The position numbers and the translations under genes were made by a program. The notes beneath the pieces were generated by a model. It was not told where the DNA came from and did no database searches. It saw only the letters and a list, made by a program, of their open reading frames with translations. From the NCBI GenBank assembly GCA_963816185.1, contig CAWFJJ010000030.1, positions 128,001 through 192,000 on the forward strand: a stretch of DNA of 64,000 nucleotides. Reading direction: 5' to 3'. Positions 52,437 through 61,888 of the stretch are shown one piece after another. This DNA comes from Thermoanaerobaculia bacterium (GTDB taxonomy: Bacteria > Acidobacteriota > Thermoanaerobaculia > UBA5066). Within the stretch, counting starts at the first letter, position 1. Each line of letters opens with the position of its first letter.

Positions 52437-52702
52437 CGATCGGCCCGCGTCTCGCCGACGAAGTCCTCCGCCTCGAGCCGGTCCGAGATCTGGTTTAGCT
52501 TGCCAGGGTCGACGCCCGGCCGGAGGCCGCTCGAATTAGGCTCGACGGTGAAGCGGCGCCGCGGGGAGGGCGCGCTCTCCTGGGCGGCGAGCCCTCGGCG
52601 AAGGACGGTGTTGAGCGCGACCTTGAAGGAAGAACGCCTCCGGCGCGCGTACTCCTTGAGCTTGTCGGCAAGGTCTTGCTCCAGAGTCACCGTGGTTCTC
52701 AC
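52433..52702 (-). CDS. vapB: Antitoxin
   Basis: MRTTVTLEQDL...SFKVALNTVLRRGL. Overlaps the vapC start. Confidence 0.88.
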   Translation of the reverse strand: MRTTVTLEQDLADKLKEYARRRRSSFKVALNTVLRRGLAAQESAPSPRRRFTVEPNSSGLRPGVDPGKLNQISDRLEAEDFVGETRADR

Positions 52703-52706
52703 GAAG

Positions 52707-52737
52707 GCATCATGATGCTATTTAATGCTGCTGTCAA
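52707..52737 (-). promoter_or_regulatory. vapBC promoter and operator
   Basis: TTGACA-N17-CATGAT, 6 nt before the GTG. Palindrome GCATCATGATGC (52707-52718) covers the -10. Confidence 0.8.
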
Positions 52738-52798
52738 GATGGCACGGGGGCGTTCATTCAAATTCACTTCGACTGCGATTAAGCTCTCACCTCGACCT

Positions 52799-53935
52799 AT
52801 GGACCGTCGACGCTTCCTCACGATGTCCCTCACCACGTCGGCCGCGTCCGTCCTGTTCCCGCAGCTCATGATTCCCCCGCGGCTCCTCGCCACGAGCCCC
52901 AAGAAGATTCTCGTCTTGGGAGGGACCAGCTTCCTGGGACCCGCGGTCGTCGAAGCCGCTGTCGTGGCCGGACACAGCGTGACGTTGTTCAATCGTGGAA
53001 TTACCAATCCCGCGTTGTTCCCGGCCCTCGAGAAGCTGCGCGGGTTCCGCAGCCCCGACCCCGCGGACGAGAACTTCACGGCGTTGGGCCGGCGGCGCTG
53101 GGACGTGGTCATCGACGTATGGCCATCCGATCCCTCGGTCGCCGAGAGCGCAGCTCGCCTGCTGCGGGATCAAACGACGCATTATCTCTACGTCTCGTCG
53201 ATCGCCGCGTACGATCGAAAGGGCTTTGCGCAAGCGGGTCTGACGGAAAACGCGCGCCTGAATCCCTGGGATACAGCCATTCGCCCGTACGACCGGGGGA
53301 AAGCGGAAAGCGAGCGCCGCCTCGTCGCTCTCCTGAGGAATCGACTCACAGTCGTCCGTCCCGGACCTATCAAGGGCGACCGGGACACCACACCCGACCT
53401 CCTGGCCTGGTTACGACGGGCTCAGACAGGGACGACGCACATCGGACCGGGAACGGGTGAGGACCACGTGCAGCTGGTCGACGTCAAGGACGTGGCACGA
53501 TTTCTCGTCCTCGCCATCGACCGATCCCTTCACGGAACATTCAACCTCACCGGCACCCCCATGTCGTTCCGCGATTTCCTCGCACGCTGCGTCGCCGCCA
53601 CGCGCTCGAGTTCCGATTTCGTCTGGATCCCCCAGGATTTTCTGCACCAGCGAGGACTGGATCCCGATCCCTCCTATCTTGGCAAGTTTCCGTTCTGGCA
53701 TCCAGAACCCGAGCGACGCGGTTTCTTCCAGATCAGCAGTCAGAAGGCATTCGACGCAGGTTGGACTCAGCGCCCGTTCACGGAGACTGCGCTCGAGTCC
53801 CTATGGTTTTTCGATCAACTCGATCCCACCGTGTGGGAGTGGACTGACGAACTGTCGCCGCAGAGCGAAGCGAGCGCTCTCGCGGCATGGAGGGAAGCGA
53901 CCCTGTCTCTGACTGGTACCGGAGGAGGGATTTGA
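52799..53935 (+). CDS. NAD-dependent epimerase/dehydratase family protein with Tat-like signal
   Basis: MDRRRFL, ILVLGGTSFLG, TLFNRG, YVSS and Y..GK. Confidence 0.88.
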   Translation: MDRRRFLTMSLTTSAASVLFPQLMIPPRLLATSPKKILVLGGTSFLGPAVVEAAVVAGHSVTLFNRGITNPALFPALEKLRGFRSPDPADENFTALGRRRWDVVIDVWPSDPSVAESAARLLRDQTTHYLYVSSIAAYDRKGFAQAGLTENARLNPWDTAIRPYDRGKAESERRLVALLRNRLTVVRPGPIKGDRDTTPDLLAWLRRAQTGTTHIGPGTGEDHVQLVDVKDVARFLVLAIDRSLHGTFNLTGTPMSFRDFLARCVAATRSSSDFVWIPQDFLHQRGLDPDPSYLGKFPFWHPEPERRGFFQISSQKAFDAGWTQRPFTETALESLWFFDQLDPTVWEWTDELSPQSEASALAAWREATLSLTGTGGGI

Positions 53936-54001
53936 ACCCTCACGACCCTTTCGGGTCAGGGGATTTTAAGTCCCCTGCGTCTGCCATTTCGCCACTCCGG
54001 C
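53914..54001 (-). tRNA. tRNA-Leu(TAA)
   Basis: GCCGGAGTGGCGAAATGGCAGACGCAGGGGACTTAAAATCCCC, long variable arm, CCA end. Confidence 0.95.
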
Positions 54002-54046
54002 GCGGAGAAGCTTACGCCGGGAGGCGGGCGCGAGGGAGGACGGGAT

Positions 54047-54122
54047 TGGAGGCGACGGTCGGAGTCGAACCGACGAATGAGGCTTTTGCAGAGCCTTCCC
54101 TTAACCACTTGGGTACGTCGCC
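54047..54122 (-). tRNA. tRNA-Cys(GCA)
   Basis: GGCGACGTACCCAAGTGGTTAAGGGAAGGCTCTGCAAAAGCCT...GGTTCGACTCC...CGCCTCCA. Confidence 0.95.
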
Positions 54123-54159
54123 GTCCCGCTCGGAGGCGGGATGTTAGCAGGCCGAGGCC

Positions 54160-55131
54160 TCAGCTCGACATCGCGCGCGCGAGGACGAACAGCGACGGAT
54201 CGAGGGGCTTCGTCTTCCCGGCGACGTCGTCGAGAGGCGTGGCTGCCACGACCCCCCCGAGCTGGCCGACGAGGATGCCGGACTCCCCCGCCGCGAGGCG
54301 CTGGACTGCCGCTGCGCCGAGGCGCGTCGCGAGGAGCCGATCGAAGGCGCCCGGCGAGCCCCCGCGCTGCACGTGGCCGAGCTGCGTGACGCGCAAGTCG
54401 AAGCCGAGGCGCTTCTCGTTCTCCCGGAAATACTGCGCGAGCGCCCGGGCGTTCTGACGCGCACCCTCCGCCACGACCACGATGGCGTGCCTCTTCCCGC
54501 GCTCACGCGCGACGTAGAGGTCCTGCGCGAGCTCCTCGAGGTTGGTCTCCATCTCGGGGATGACGATCGCCTCGGCTCCTCCCGCGATTCCCGCCATGAG
54601 CGCGAGATAACCGCAATCGCGGCCCATGACCTCGACGAGGAACGCGCGCTCGTGAGAAGACGCCGTGACCTTCAGCCGGTCGATGGCCTCCAGGGCGATG
54701 TTGAGGGCCGTGTCGACGCCGATCGTGATGTCCGAGCCCGGAAGGTCGTTGTCGATCGTGGAGGCGACGCCAACGACGGGGAATCCGGCCTTCGCGAGCG
54801 CGTTCGCCCCCATTTGAGAGCCGCTGCCGCCGATGACGACGAGGCATTCGACGCCGCGGGCCCTGAGGACGCCCAGCGCCTGCTCGCGTCCGACTGTCGT
54901 CTTGAATGCGTCGCAGCGCGCGCTCCCGAGGATCGTCCCGCCCTGCTGGATGATGCCGCCCACGTCGCGCGGGCCGAGCGGCGAAAGCTCGCCGCCGAGG
55001 AGTCCCGCGAAGCCGTGATGCACGCCGAAGATGCTCCAGCCCTGCGCGATCCCCGCGCGAACGACGGCGCGGATCGCCGCGTTCATGCCCGGCGCGTCAC
55101 CTCCGCTCGTCAGGACGGCCATGCTTCTCAT
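54160..55131 (-). CDS. pfkA: ATP-dependent 6-phosphofructokinase
   Basis: LTSGGDAPGMNAA, GGTILGSAR, TIDND, EVMGR and LGHVQRGG. Confidence 0.93.
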   Translation of the reverse strand: MRSMAVLTSGGDAPGMNAAIRAVVRAGIAQGWSIFGVHHGFAGLLGGELSPLGPRDVGGIIQQGGTILGSARCDAFKTTVGREQALGVLRARGVECLVVIGGSGSQMGANALAKAGFPVVGVASTIDNDLPGSDITIGVDTALNIALEAIDRLKVTASSHERAFLVEVMGRDCGYLALMAGIAGGAEAIVIPEMETNLEELAQDLYVARERGKRHAIVVVAEGARQNARALAQYFRENEKRLGFDLRVTQLGHVQRGGSPGAFDRLLATRLGAAAVQRLAAGESGILVGQLGGVVAATPLDDVAGKTKPLDPSLFVLARAMSS

Positions 55132-55153
55132 GCGGACTCCCTTCGTTCCCCGC

Positions 55154-56503
55154 TCAAGCGGGGCGGACAAACGGCCATTCTGCCTTCCTTCGCGCCATCA
55201 CGAGATACGCGATGACGCCGGCGCCGAGGACGACGAGCCCCGTCAGCTTGAACCCTTTCTCGGGCGAGAGAAGGACGAAGCCCCAGAGAACGAGCGCGAC
55301 GAGCGCCGGCAGCGGGTAGAGCCACATGCGGAAAGGGCGCGCGAGATCCGGCCGCGTCTTTCGGAGGACGAGCGCCGCGGCGACCTGGGCGATGAACGGG
55401 ATGACCGCGCGAATCGAAACGATGGCCGAGACGACGACCCTGAGGTCCAGGAAAGAGAATACCGAGGCCGCGCCGCCGAGCGCGACGAGCGCGACGACCG
55501 GATAGCCTTCGGTCGGATGCAGGCGCGCGAACGCCGGGAAGAAGTTTCCGTCCCGCGCGGCCGCGAAGAGGATGCGCGAGTAGCCGAGCGTCAGCGAGAA
55601 GACCGACGCGAACGCGGTCCACAGGATGAGGCCCGTCACGAGGCGTGCGACGGGCCGGCCCGCGAGTACCGCGACGAAGTCCGCGACCGTGGATTTCGAG
55701 CCCATGGCCTCGGCCATCGGCAGGACGGAGACGATGCAGGCATTCATGAGGATATAGAGGACGGCCACCGAGAGGATCGAGATGACGATGACACGCGGGA
55801 TCGTCTTCGTCGGCTCGACGATCTCCTCCGCGAGGTAGCAGACGTTGTAGTAGCCGAGGTAGTCGTACACGGCGAGGATGAGGGCCAGTCCGAGCCCGCC
55901 GAGGACTCCGGCGGGCGGCGCGATTCCCGGCGCGGAGACGACGGGCGCCTCCCAGAACCGGAACGCCGCGAGCTTCAGGTGCGGGAGGCCGAGTCCGATC
56001 ACGATCCCCAGCGTCGAGAGGACGCCGATCCAGAGGACGACCGAAAACCGCCCGATCGCACCGATCCGGCGCATGAGGAGGAGAGTGACGGCGACGCACA
56101 ACAGGGACGCCACGGGCGCCTCCCACCTGTCGGGAATCTGCGGAAAGACGAAGTGGAGATAGCGCGAGAAGCCGATCGCCCCCGAAGCCATCGAGAGCGG
56201 AGCCGAGAAGATGATCTGGAAGAGGAACAGGAACGACACGAGCCGGCCCCAGCGCGCGGGACCGTACGCCTCTCGCAGGAACGCATACGAGCCTCCCGCG
56301 CGCGGCAGCTCGGCCGACAGCTCCGCCGTGACGAGCCCGTCCGCGATCGCGAGGACGGCACCGAGGATCCAGGCGCCGAGCGCGCGGCCGCCGCCCATCG
56401 CGGCGAGGATGAGGGGAAGGGTCACGAAGGGCCCGATCCCCACCATGTCGATGATGTTCAGGGCGGTGCCCTGCCAGAGCCCGATCTCGCGCTTGAGCGC
56501 CAT
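55154..56503 (-). CDS. APC-family amino acid permease
   Basis: DMVGIGPF, AELSAELPRAGGSY, about 12 TM segments and RPFRMWLYP. Confidence 0.92.
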   Translation of the reverse strand: MALKREIGLWQGTALNIIDMVGIGPFVTLPLILAAMGGGRALGAWILGAVLAIADGLVTAELSAELPRAGGSYAFLREAYGPARWGRLVSFLFLFQIIFSAPLSMASGAIGFSRYLHFVFPQIPDRWEAPVASLLCVAVTLLLMRRIGAIGRFSVVLWIGVLSTLGIVIGLGLPHLKLAAFRFWEAPVVSAPGIAPPAGVLGGLGLALILAVYDYLGYYNVCYLAEEIVEPTKTIPRVIVISILSVAVLYILMNACIVSVLPMAEAMGSKSTVADFVAVLAGRPVARLVTGLILWTAFASVFSLTLGYSRILFAAARDGNFFPAFARLHPTEGYPVVALVALGGAASVFSFLDLRVVVSAIVSIRAVIPFIAQVAAALVLRKTRPDLARPFRMWLYPLPALVALVLWGFVLLSPEKGFKLTGLVVLGAGVIAYLVMARRKAEWPFVRPA

Positions 56504-56530
56504 GAGCGGGAGAGAATAGCCGTAATCGGC

Positions 56531-57370
56531 ATGCCGAGACTCTCCCCTTCGTTCGTCCTCCCGACGGCGCTCGTTCTCCTCCACGCGCCTGTTCTCGCGC
56601 AGGGTCCCGCGGCTACGCCTCAGATCCAGGACAACAGCTTCCTCATCGAGGAGGCCTACAACCAGACGCCGGGAGTCGTCCAGACGATCCAGACGTTCTC
56701 GCGGATGTCCGGATCAGGCGACTGGGTCTACACCCTGACGCAGGAATGGCCGGTTCCAAGGGAGACGCACCAGCTCAGCGTCACGATTCCGGTGCAGGGC
56801 GTCACGACGGACACCGGGCGGGCGCGGGGCCTCGGCGACGTCGCCCTCAACTACCGTTACCAGCTCGTCGGAAACGGCGACGCCAGGGTCGCCGTCAGTC
56901 CGCGGCTCACGCTCCTCGTTCCGTCCGGCGATCGCACGCGGTCTCTCGGCGCCGGCGGTCTCGGCATCCAGGTCAGCCTCCCGCTCAGCCTCGTTCTCTC
57001 CGATCATTTCGTCACGCACTGGAACGCCGGAGTCACGTTTACGCCCGCGGCGACGGACGTCTCGGGCGAAACGGCGAGCCTCGCCACCTGGAACGCCGGC
57101 CAAAGCGTCGTCTGGCTCGCTCAGCCGCGCTTCAATCTGCTCCTCGAGACCGTGATGACTTCCACGCAGGCCTTCGCGGACCGCGGCGGCACCGAACGCC
57201 GGACCGATGTGCTGGTTTCTCCCGGTGCACGCTTCGCGTTCAATCTGCCGGACAACCTCCAGATCGTCATCGGCCTCGCGGCGCCGATCGACGTCGGCAC
57301 GAGCCACGGGCAGAACAGCGTCTTCCTGTATTTCAGCGTCGAGCTGCCCTTCTGGCACCCGGCGCAGTGA
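56531..57370 (+). CDS. Putative outer-membrane beta-barrel protein
   Basis: Signal peptide, DNSFLIEEAYNQ, GLGDVALNYRYQ, alternating beta strands and a C-terminal YFSVELPF. Confidence 0.75.
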   Translation: MPRLSPSFVLPTALVLLHAPVLAQGPAATPQIQDNSFLIEEAYNQTPGVVQTIQTFSRMSGSGDWVYTLTQEWPVPRETHQLSVTIPVQGVTTDTGRARGLGDVALNYRYQLVGNGDARVAVSPRLTLLVPSGDRTRSLGAGGLGIQVSLPLSLVLSDHFVTHWNAGVTFTPAATDVSGETASLATWNAGQSVVWLAQPRFNLLLETVMTSTQAFADRGGTERRTDVLVSPGARFAFNLPDNLQIVIGLAAPIDVGTSHGQNSVFLYFSVELPFWHPAQ

Positions 57371-57377
57371 ACCGCCC

Positions 57378-58553
57378 TCAGCCCCGCTTCAGGACGTCCT
57401 TCGCGATCGTGTTGAGCTGCATGAAGGAGGTCCCCTCGTAGATCTTTCCGATCTTCGCGTCGCGGTAAAGCTTCTCGAGCGGGTAGTCCTTCACGTAGCC
57501 GTAGCCGCCGAGGAGCTCGAGGCCCCGCGACGTGCACATCTCGGCGACCTCGGAGCCCTTGAGCTTCGCGATCGCGGCCTCCCGCGCGAACGGCAGGCCG
57601 TTCTCCTTCAGGCGCGCCGCGTTGTAGACGGCGAGGCGGGCGCATTCGAGCTCCATGTCCATGCGGGCGAGCTCGTGCTGCACGGCCTGGAACTGCGCGA
57701 GCGGCTGTCCGAACTGTCGGCGTTCCCTCACGTATTTCGCCGTGTAGTCGAGCGCGGCGCGAGAGATGCCGACCATCTGCGCACCAATGCCGATGCGGCC
57801 CTCGTTCAGCGTCTCGATGGCGATCTTATAACCCTCGCCCACGTTGCCGACGACGTTCTCGGCCGGCACCTCGAGGTCCTCGAACGCGAGCGCGAGCGTC
57901 GAGGACGCACGGATTCCGAGCTTGTCCTCCTTCTTGCCCTTGTGGAATCCCTTCCACTGCGACTCGATGAAGAAAGCGGTGATGCCCTTGTAGCCCTTGC
58001 TCTTGTCGACGGTCGCGAAGACGAGGAAGAGCTCGGACTCCAGGCCGTTCGTGATCCAGAGCTTTTCGCCGTTCAGGAGGTAGCGGTCGCCCTTCGGCGT
58101 GGCCGTCGTCGCGAGGGCGAACGCGTCGGAACCCGACCCGGCTTCCGACAGAGCATACGAAGCGACTTTCTTCTTCGCGAGCTGCGGAAAGTACTTCTTC
58201 TGCAAAGCCGGCGAGGCCCAGCGCTTGATCGCGTTGTTCACGAGCGTGTTCTGGACGTCCACGACGACGGCGCAGGCCGCGTCGACGCGGGCGAGCGCCT
58301 CGATGATGGCGATGGACGTGCCGAAGTTCGCGTCGAGGCCGCCGAACTCCTCCGGGATCTCGATTCCCATGAGATCGAGATCGAAGAATTTCCGGATGAG
58401 GTCGGGGTCCATGACGTTCGCCCGGTCCATCTCGCCCGACTTGGGGCCGATCGTCTCCAGGGCGAAGTCATAGACGCCTTCCGCAAGCTCCCGCTCGTGG
58501 TCGGAGAGGACCGACACAGGCGGAATCGCGCGCGTCTCAGTCGTAACAGTCAT
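57378..58553 (-). CDS. Acyl-CoA dehydrogenase (short/branched-chain-like)
   Basis: YALSEAGSGSDA, NGEKLWITN, KLGIRASST, RRQFG and KIYEGTS. Confidence 0.94.
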   Translation of the reverse strand: MTVTTETRAIPPVSVLSDHERELAEGVYDFALETIGPKSGEMDRANVMDPDLIRKFFDLDLMGIEIPEEFGGLDANFGTSIAIIEALARVDAACAVVVDVQNTLVNNAIKRWASPALQKKYFPQLAKKKVASYALSEAGSGSDAFALATTATPKGDRYLLNGEKLWITNGLESELFLVFATVDKSKGYKGITAFFIESQWKGFHKGKKEDKLGIRASSTLALAFEDLEVPAENVVGNVGEGYKIAIETLNEGRIGIGAQMVGISRAALDYTAKYVRERRQFGQPLAQFQAVQHELARMDMELECARLAVYNAARLKENGLPFAREAAIAKLKGSEVAEMCTSRGLELLGGYGYVKDYPLEKLYRDAKIGKIYEGTSFMQLNTIAKDVLKRG

Positions 58554-58593
58554 CAAAAAATCCTCCACGACTGTAGAATATCTGAAAGAGGGA

Positions 58594-58674
58594 GAATTTC
58601 TTAGAAGGCGAATGCACTAGCCGCCAGCCGGCTTGCGCGACGTGTTTCACCGGGCGCGGGCACCCTCTAAGAAG
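58594..58674. repeat. Bipartite inverted-arm element, copy E6
   Basis: GAATTTCTTAGAAGG (58594) ... CCCTCTAAGAAG (58663). Confidence 0.75.
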
Positions 58675-58703
58675 AAGCGCCGGGGCGTCGAGCCCCGGCG
58701 CTT
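58669..58703 (-). terminator. Terminator-like hairpin after the TonB-dependent receptor
   Basis: Minus strand AAGCGCCGGGGC-tcgac-GCCCCGGCGCTT followed by CTTCTT. Confidence 0.7.
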
Positions 58704-58726
58704 ACATTCATCGAAATGCAGGACCG

Positions 58727-61700
58727 CTAGAACGAGAGGCGCGCTCCCCACTTCAGCTGGTAGCGCGAGCGGATGTCGTTGGTGCTGTACTGCCTCCCCT
58801 CGTTGAGCGCGCCCGAGCTGACCGTGTAGATGGGCTTGCCCGTGGCCGAGTCGATCCCGGAATAATTGAGCGCGGTGTACGTCTGGAAGTTGACGTAACG
58901 GAGGAGTCCCCAGTTGCTGTTGATCAGGTTGAACAGGTTCAGGACGTCGAACGTGAGCTGCACCTGAACCACCGAGATCGGCAGCGTAATGTCGTAGTGG
59001 AAGTCGAGCGAATGGATCCACGGGGCGTCGAGCGCGTTGCGCGGAGCGATCCGGCCGCGGTATTTGTCGAGGCCCGTCGTCGCGAGGAAGGTATTCCACT
59101 GATCTTCGGTAGGCGCCCCCGCTCCCTTCCAGACGACGTCGCCGTAGTTCTGGGGGACGAAGAGCTGATCGTTGCCCGAGGCCCCGTCCTTGTTCGGGTC
59201 GCCGCCCATCAGGATCGAGTACGGCTGTCCCGACTGGGCGAAGTAGACCAACCCGACGTTGTGATTCAGAGGCCCGGTCTTGAAGGCCTGCGTCACGACG
59301 AGGTTGAAGCGGTGCGGCACGTCGAAGAAGGAGCGCGTGAGCTCCTGGGAGTAGATGTCGCCGTCGCCCGTCTGGAACTGCCAGTTCGACAGAGCCACGC
59401 TGGAAGTCGCCTCGAATGCGGACTTCGCGTTCATGTAGGCGTACGTCCCGTTGACGTAGAGGCCGAAGGGGAAGCGCTTCTCCAGCTGCGCGACGAGGTT
59501 CTGCTGCTCGCCCTTCGTGGTGTTGGAAAGGAAGATCGTGTTGCTGAACCCGTTGCTGAGGTTCTTGTAGATGGGCGCGCCCCAGAACGTCGTGCTCCCG
59601 CTCGGGACCTTGTTGATGTTCGTGTAGAAGACGTCCTCGAGAGTCTTCGTGAACATCGCCTCGACGCTCCCGCGAATCCCGAACGGGAGCTCGCGGTCGT
59701 AGCCCAGCGTGCTGCGAAGGACCTTGGGGAACTTGAAATCGGGATCGATCCCGGCGACCGAGATCGCGCCGGTTCCCGGAGGGAAGTCCTTCGGCACGTT
59801 GTTGGGATCCCCGGTGAACGCCACGTTGCTCGCGCTCAGGTTCGTGATCCCGATGCCGGTGTTACCGTAGTTGTTCGAGATCCAGACGAACGGGGTGCGG
59901 CCCGCGAAGACGCCGACCCCGCCGCGCACCTGATCCCTGCCCGACCCGCCCACGTTCCAGTTGAACCCGAGGCGGGGCGAGATGATCAGCTGGTCGCTGG
60001 GCACGTTGCTGGTGTCGACGCCGAACGTATTGAAGACGAGCGGGTTGTAGGTGGGCTTGTCGGTGAGCCGCGGGAGATCCCCCCGGATGCCCAGGTTCAC
60101 CGTGAAGCTGTTGCTGACCCGCCACTGGTCGCCCACGTAGAGGCCCCATTGCTGGGCACTGAACTGCGACGCCGGATTGAATCCGGGGGTGCCGAACTGG
60201 ACCTGGTACCGGGCTGCGTTCCCGGATTCGAGGCTGTGCGCGTCCCCGGGAGTGTTGATGCTGTTGAAGAAGTACGTCCCATAGACGTCCTGGACGAAGA
60301 GGTTGTCGAACTTGAAGAACTCGTTGTGGGTCCCGACCGTGATCGTGTGGTTCCCCTTGATCAGCGTGAAGTCGTCGGTGACCTCGAGGATCTTCTGATC
60401 GAGCGAGTTCGCTCCGGAAGAGCGCTCGGTCCCGGCGACCAGGTTGTAGGTCCCGCTCCCGGTACAGTTCGTGTTGGGCGACTTGCAGACGTAGATCGAC
60501 GGGAAGGCCACCGGCACCGCACGGACGTCCGTGATCGTCTGGTAGCCGACGCGGCCCTGGTTGAAGGACTCGGCACCGAAGACGCTGTTGACCTGCAGCA
60601 CTCCCGAGTTCGTCTTGTTGGTGATCGTGTACCCGGCCGTGTCGAAGGTGAAGGCGCTGGAAGTGCGGCTCTGACTGATTACGTCCTGCAGGGCGTCGAC
60701 GTAGTTGTACCGGAACGTCACCTGGTCGGAGCTCGTGGCGTTGAGATCGAGCCGGCCGAACAGCATGGGGTAGCTGTTCGTCCTCAGATTGGTGTCCCCG
60801 AGCGAACCCGGGTTGTAGCCGTACTTGCTGGTCAGGATGCTCTTGAACGCCGCGGCCCCCGCCGGATCGCTGTACGTGTTGACCGTCGACCCGTCGGCAG
60901 ACCCGTTCGTCGGTTGCGAAAGCTTGTTCCTTTCGCCGTTGACGAAGAAGAAGAGCTTGTCTCTCAGGATCGGTCCGCCCACGCGGGCGCCGAGCTGGTC
61001 GGAGTCGAAGGACGCGATCGGCTTGTCGATCGAGTCGCCGTAGGCCTGCGGGGCCTTGCTGCCGATGTACTTCTGGTTCCGCTTCGAGCCGAAGACCGAG
61101 CCGTGGAAGTCGTTCGTCCCGCTCCTCGTGATGGCGTTGATGGCGCCGCCGGTGAACCCGCCCTGCTTGATGTCGTAGGGGGAGACGGCGACCTGGATCT
61201 CCTGGATGGTGTCCAGCGAGATGGGCTGCGTGTCCGTCAGGCCGCCCGGGGTGCCCGAACCGGAGAGCCCGAAGAGGTCGTTGTTGACCGCGCCGTCGAT
61301 CTGGATCGTGTTGTACCGGTTGTTCATCCCCGCGATGGAGATGGTCGTCTGCGTCGAATCGAAAGGCTGTACGTTGGCGTAGGGGCTCGTCCGGACGAAG
61401 TCCTGGAACTGCCGGCGAATCGTCGGCAGGGACTTGATCTCGTCGTTCGAAACCGACTGGGCCGAGCCCATCCGGTCCGGGCTGATCAGCGGCGCGGCCT
61501 CGGCCGTGACGTTGACGTTCTCCGCCACCGCCTCGAGGTTCAGCTCGAATGTGAGGAAGCGCTTCTCGCCGAGGGCGACGTTGACGTCCTTGATGGTCTC
61601 GGTCCTGAAGCCGCTGATCTTCGCGGTCAGCGTGTAGGGTCCGCCCACGCGGACGTTGAGGATGCTGAAGAGTCCGCTGGCCGAAGACACCGTCGTGTAA

Positions 61701-61888
61701 CGAGTGCCGGTGGGGACGTGGACGGCCTCCACCGTGGCACCGGGAAGGGGACTCTTGTCCGACTTGACCTCCACGATTCCCTGAAGACCGCCGGTGGTCT
61801 CCTGGCCGCGCGCGGGCACGGCCGACAGGAAGAAGGCCGCGGTCGCGGCAAGGGCGAACGGAAGTCCGATACGGGGGCGCAGTTTCAT
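58727..61888 (-). CDS. Oar-like TonB-dependent receptor with carboxypeptidase-regulatory-like N-terminal domain
   Basis: Signal peptide, LPGATV..VHVPTG, IDGAVNNDLFG, GGAINAITRSGTN, SPRLGFNW and a terminal F. Confidence 0.92.
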   Translation of the reverse strand: MKLRPRIGLPFALAATAAFFLSAVPARGQETTGGLQGIVEVKSDKSPLPGATVEAVHVPTGTRYTTVSSASGLFSILNVRVGGPYTLTAKISGFRTETIKDVNVALGEKRFLTFELNLEAVAENVNVTAEAAPLISPDRMGSAQSVSNDEIKSLPTIRRQFQDFVRTSPYANVQPFDSTQTTISIAGMNNRYNTIQIDGAVNNDLFGLSGSGTPGGLTDTQPISLDTIQEIQVAVSPYDIKQGGFTGGAINAITRSGTNDFHGSVFGSKRNQKYIGSKAPQAYGDSIDKPIASFDSDQLGARVGGPILRDKLFFFVNGERNKLSQPTNGSADGSTVNTYSDPAGAAAFKSILTSKYGYNPGSLGDTNLRTNSYPMLFGRLDLNATSSDQVTFRYNYVDALQDVISQSRTSSAFTFDTAGYTITNKTNSGVLQVNSVFGAESFNQGRVGYQTITDVRAVPVAFPSIYVCKSPNTNCTGSGTYNLVAGTERSSGANSLDQKILEVTDDFTLIKGNHTITVGTHNEFFKFDNLFVQDVYGTYFFNSINTPGDAHSLESGNAARYQVQFGTPGFNPASQFSAQQWGLYVGDQWRVSNSFTVNLGIRGDLPRLTDKPTYNPLVFNTFGVDTSNVPSDQLIISPRLGFNWNVGGSGRDQVRGGVGVFAGRTPFVWISNNYGNTGIGITNLSASNVAFTGDPNNVPKDFPPGTGAISVAGIDPDFKFPKVLRSTLGYDRELPFGIRGSVEAMFTKTLEDVFYTNINKVPSGSTTFWGAPIYKNLSNGFSNTIFLSNTTKGEQQNLVAQLEKRFPFGLYVNGTYAYMNAKSAFEATSSVALSNWQFQTGDGDIYSQELTRSFFDVPHRFNLVVTQAFKTGPLNHNVGLVYFAQSGQPYSILMGGDPNKDGASGNDQLFVPQNYGDVVWKGAGAPTEDQWNTFLATTGLDKYRGRIAPRNALDAPWIHSLDFHYDITLPISVVQVQLTFDVLNLFNLINSNWGLLRYVNFQTYTALNYSGIDSATGKPIYTVSSGALNEGRQYSTNDIRSRYQLKWGARLSF

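Noticed and set aside
16484-58674. CRISPR or integron attC interpretation of the TTCTTAGAA repeats
   Set aside because: Copies are dispersed inverted pairs rather than a tandem array. There are no cas or intI genes and no RYYYAAC/GTTRRRY ends.
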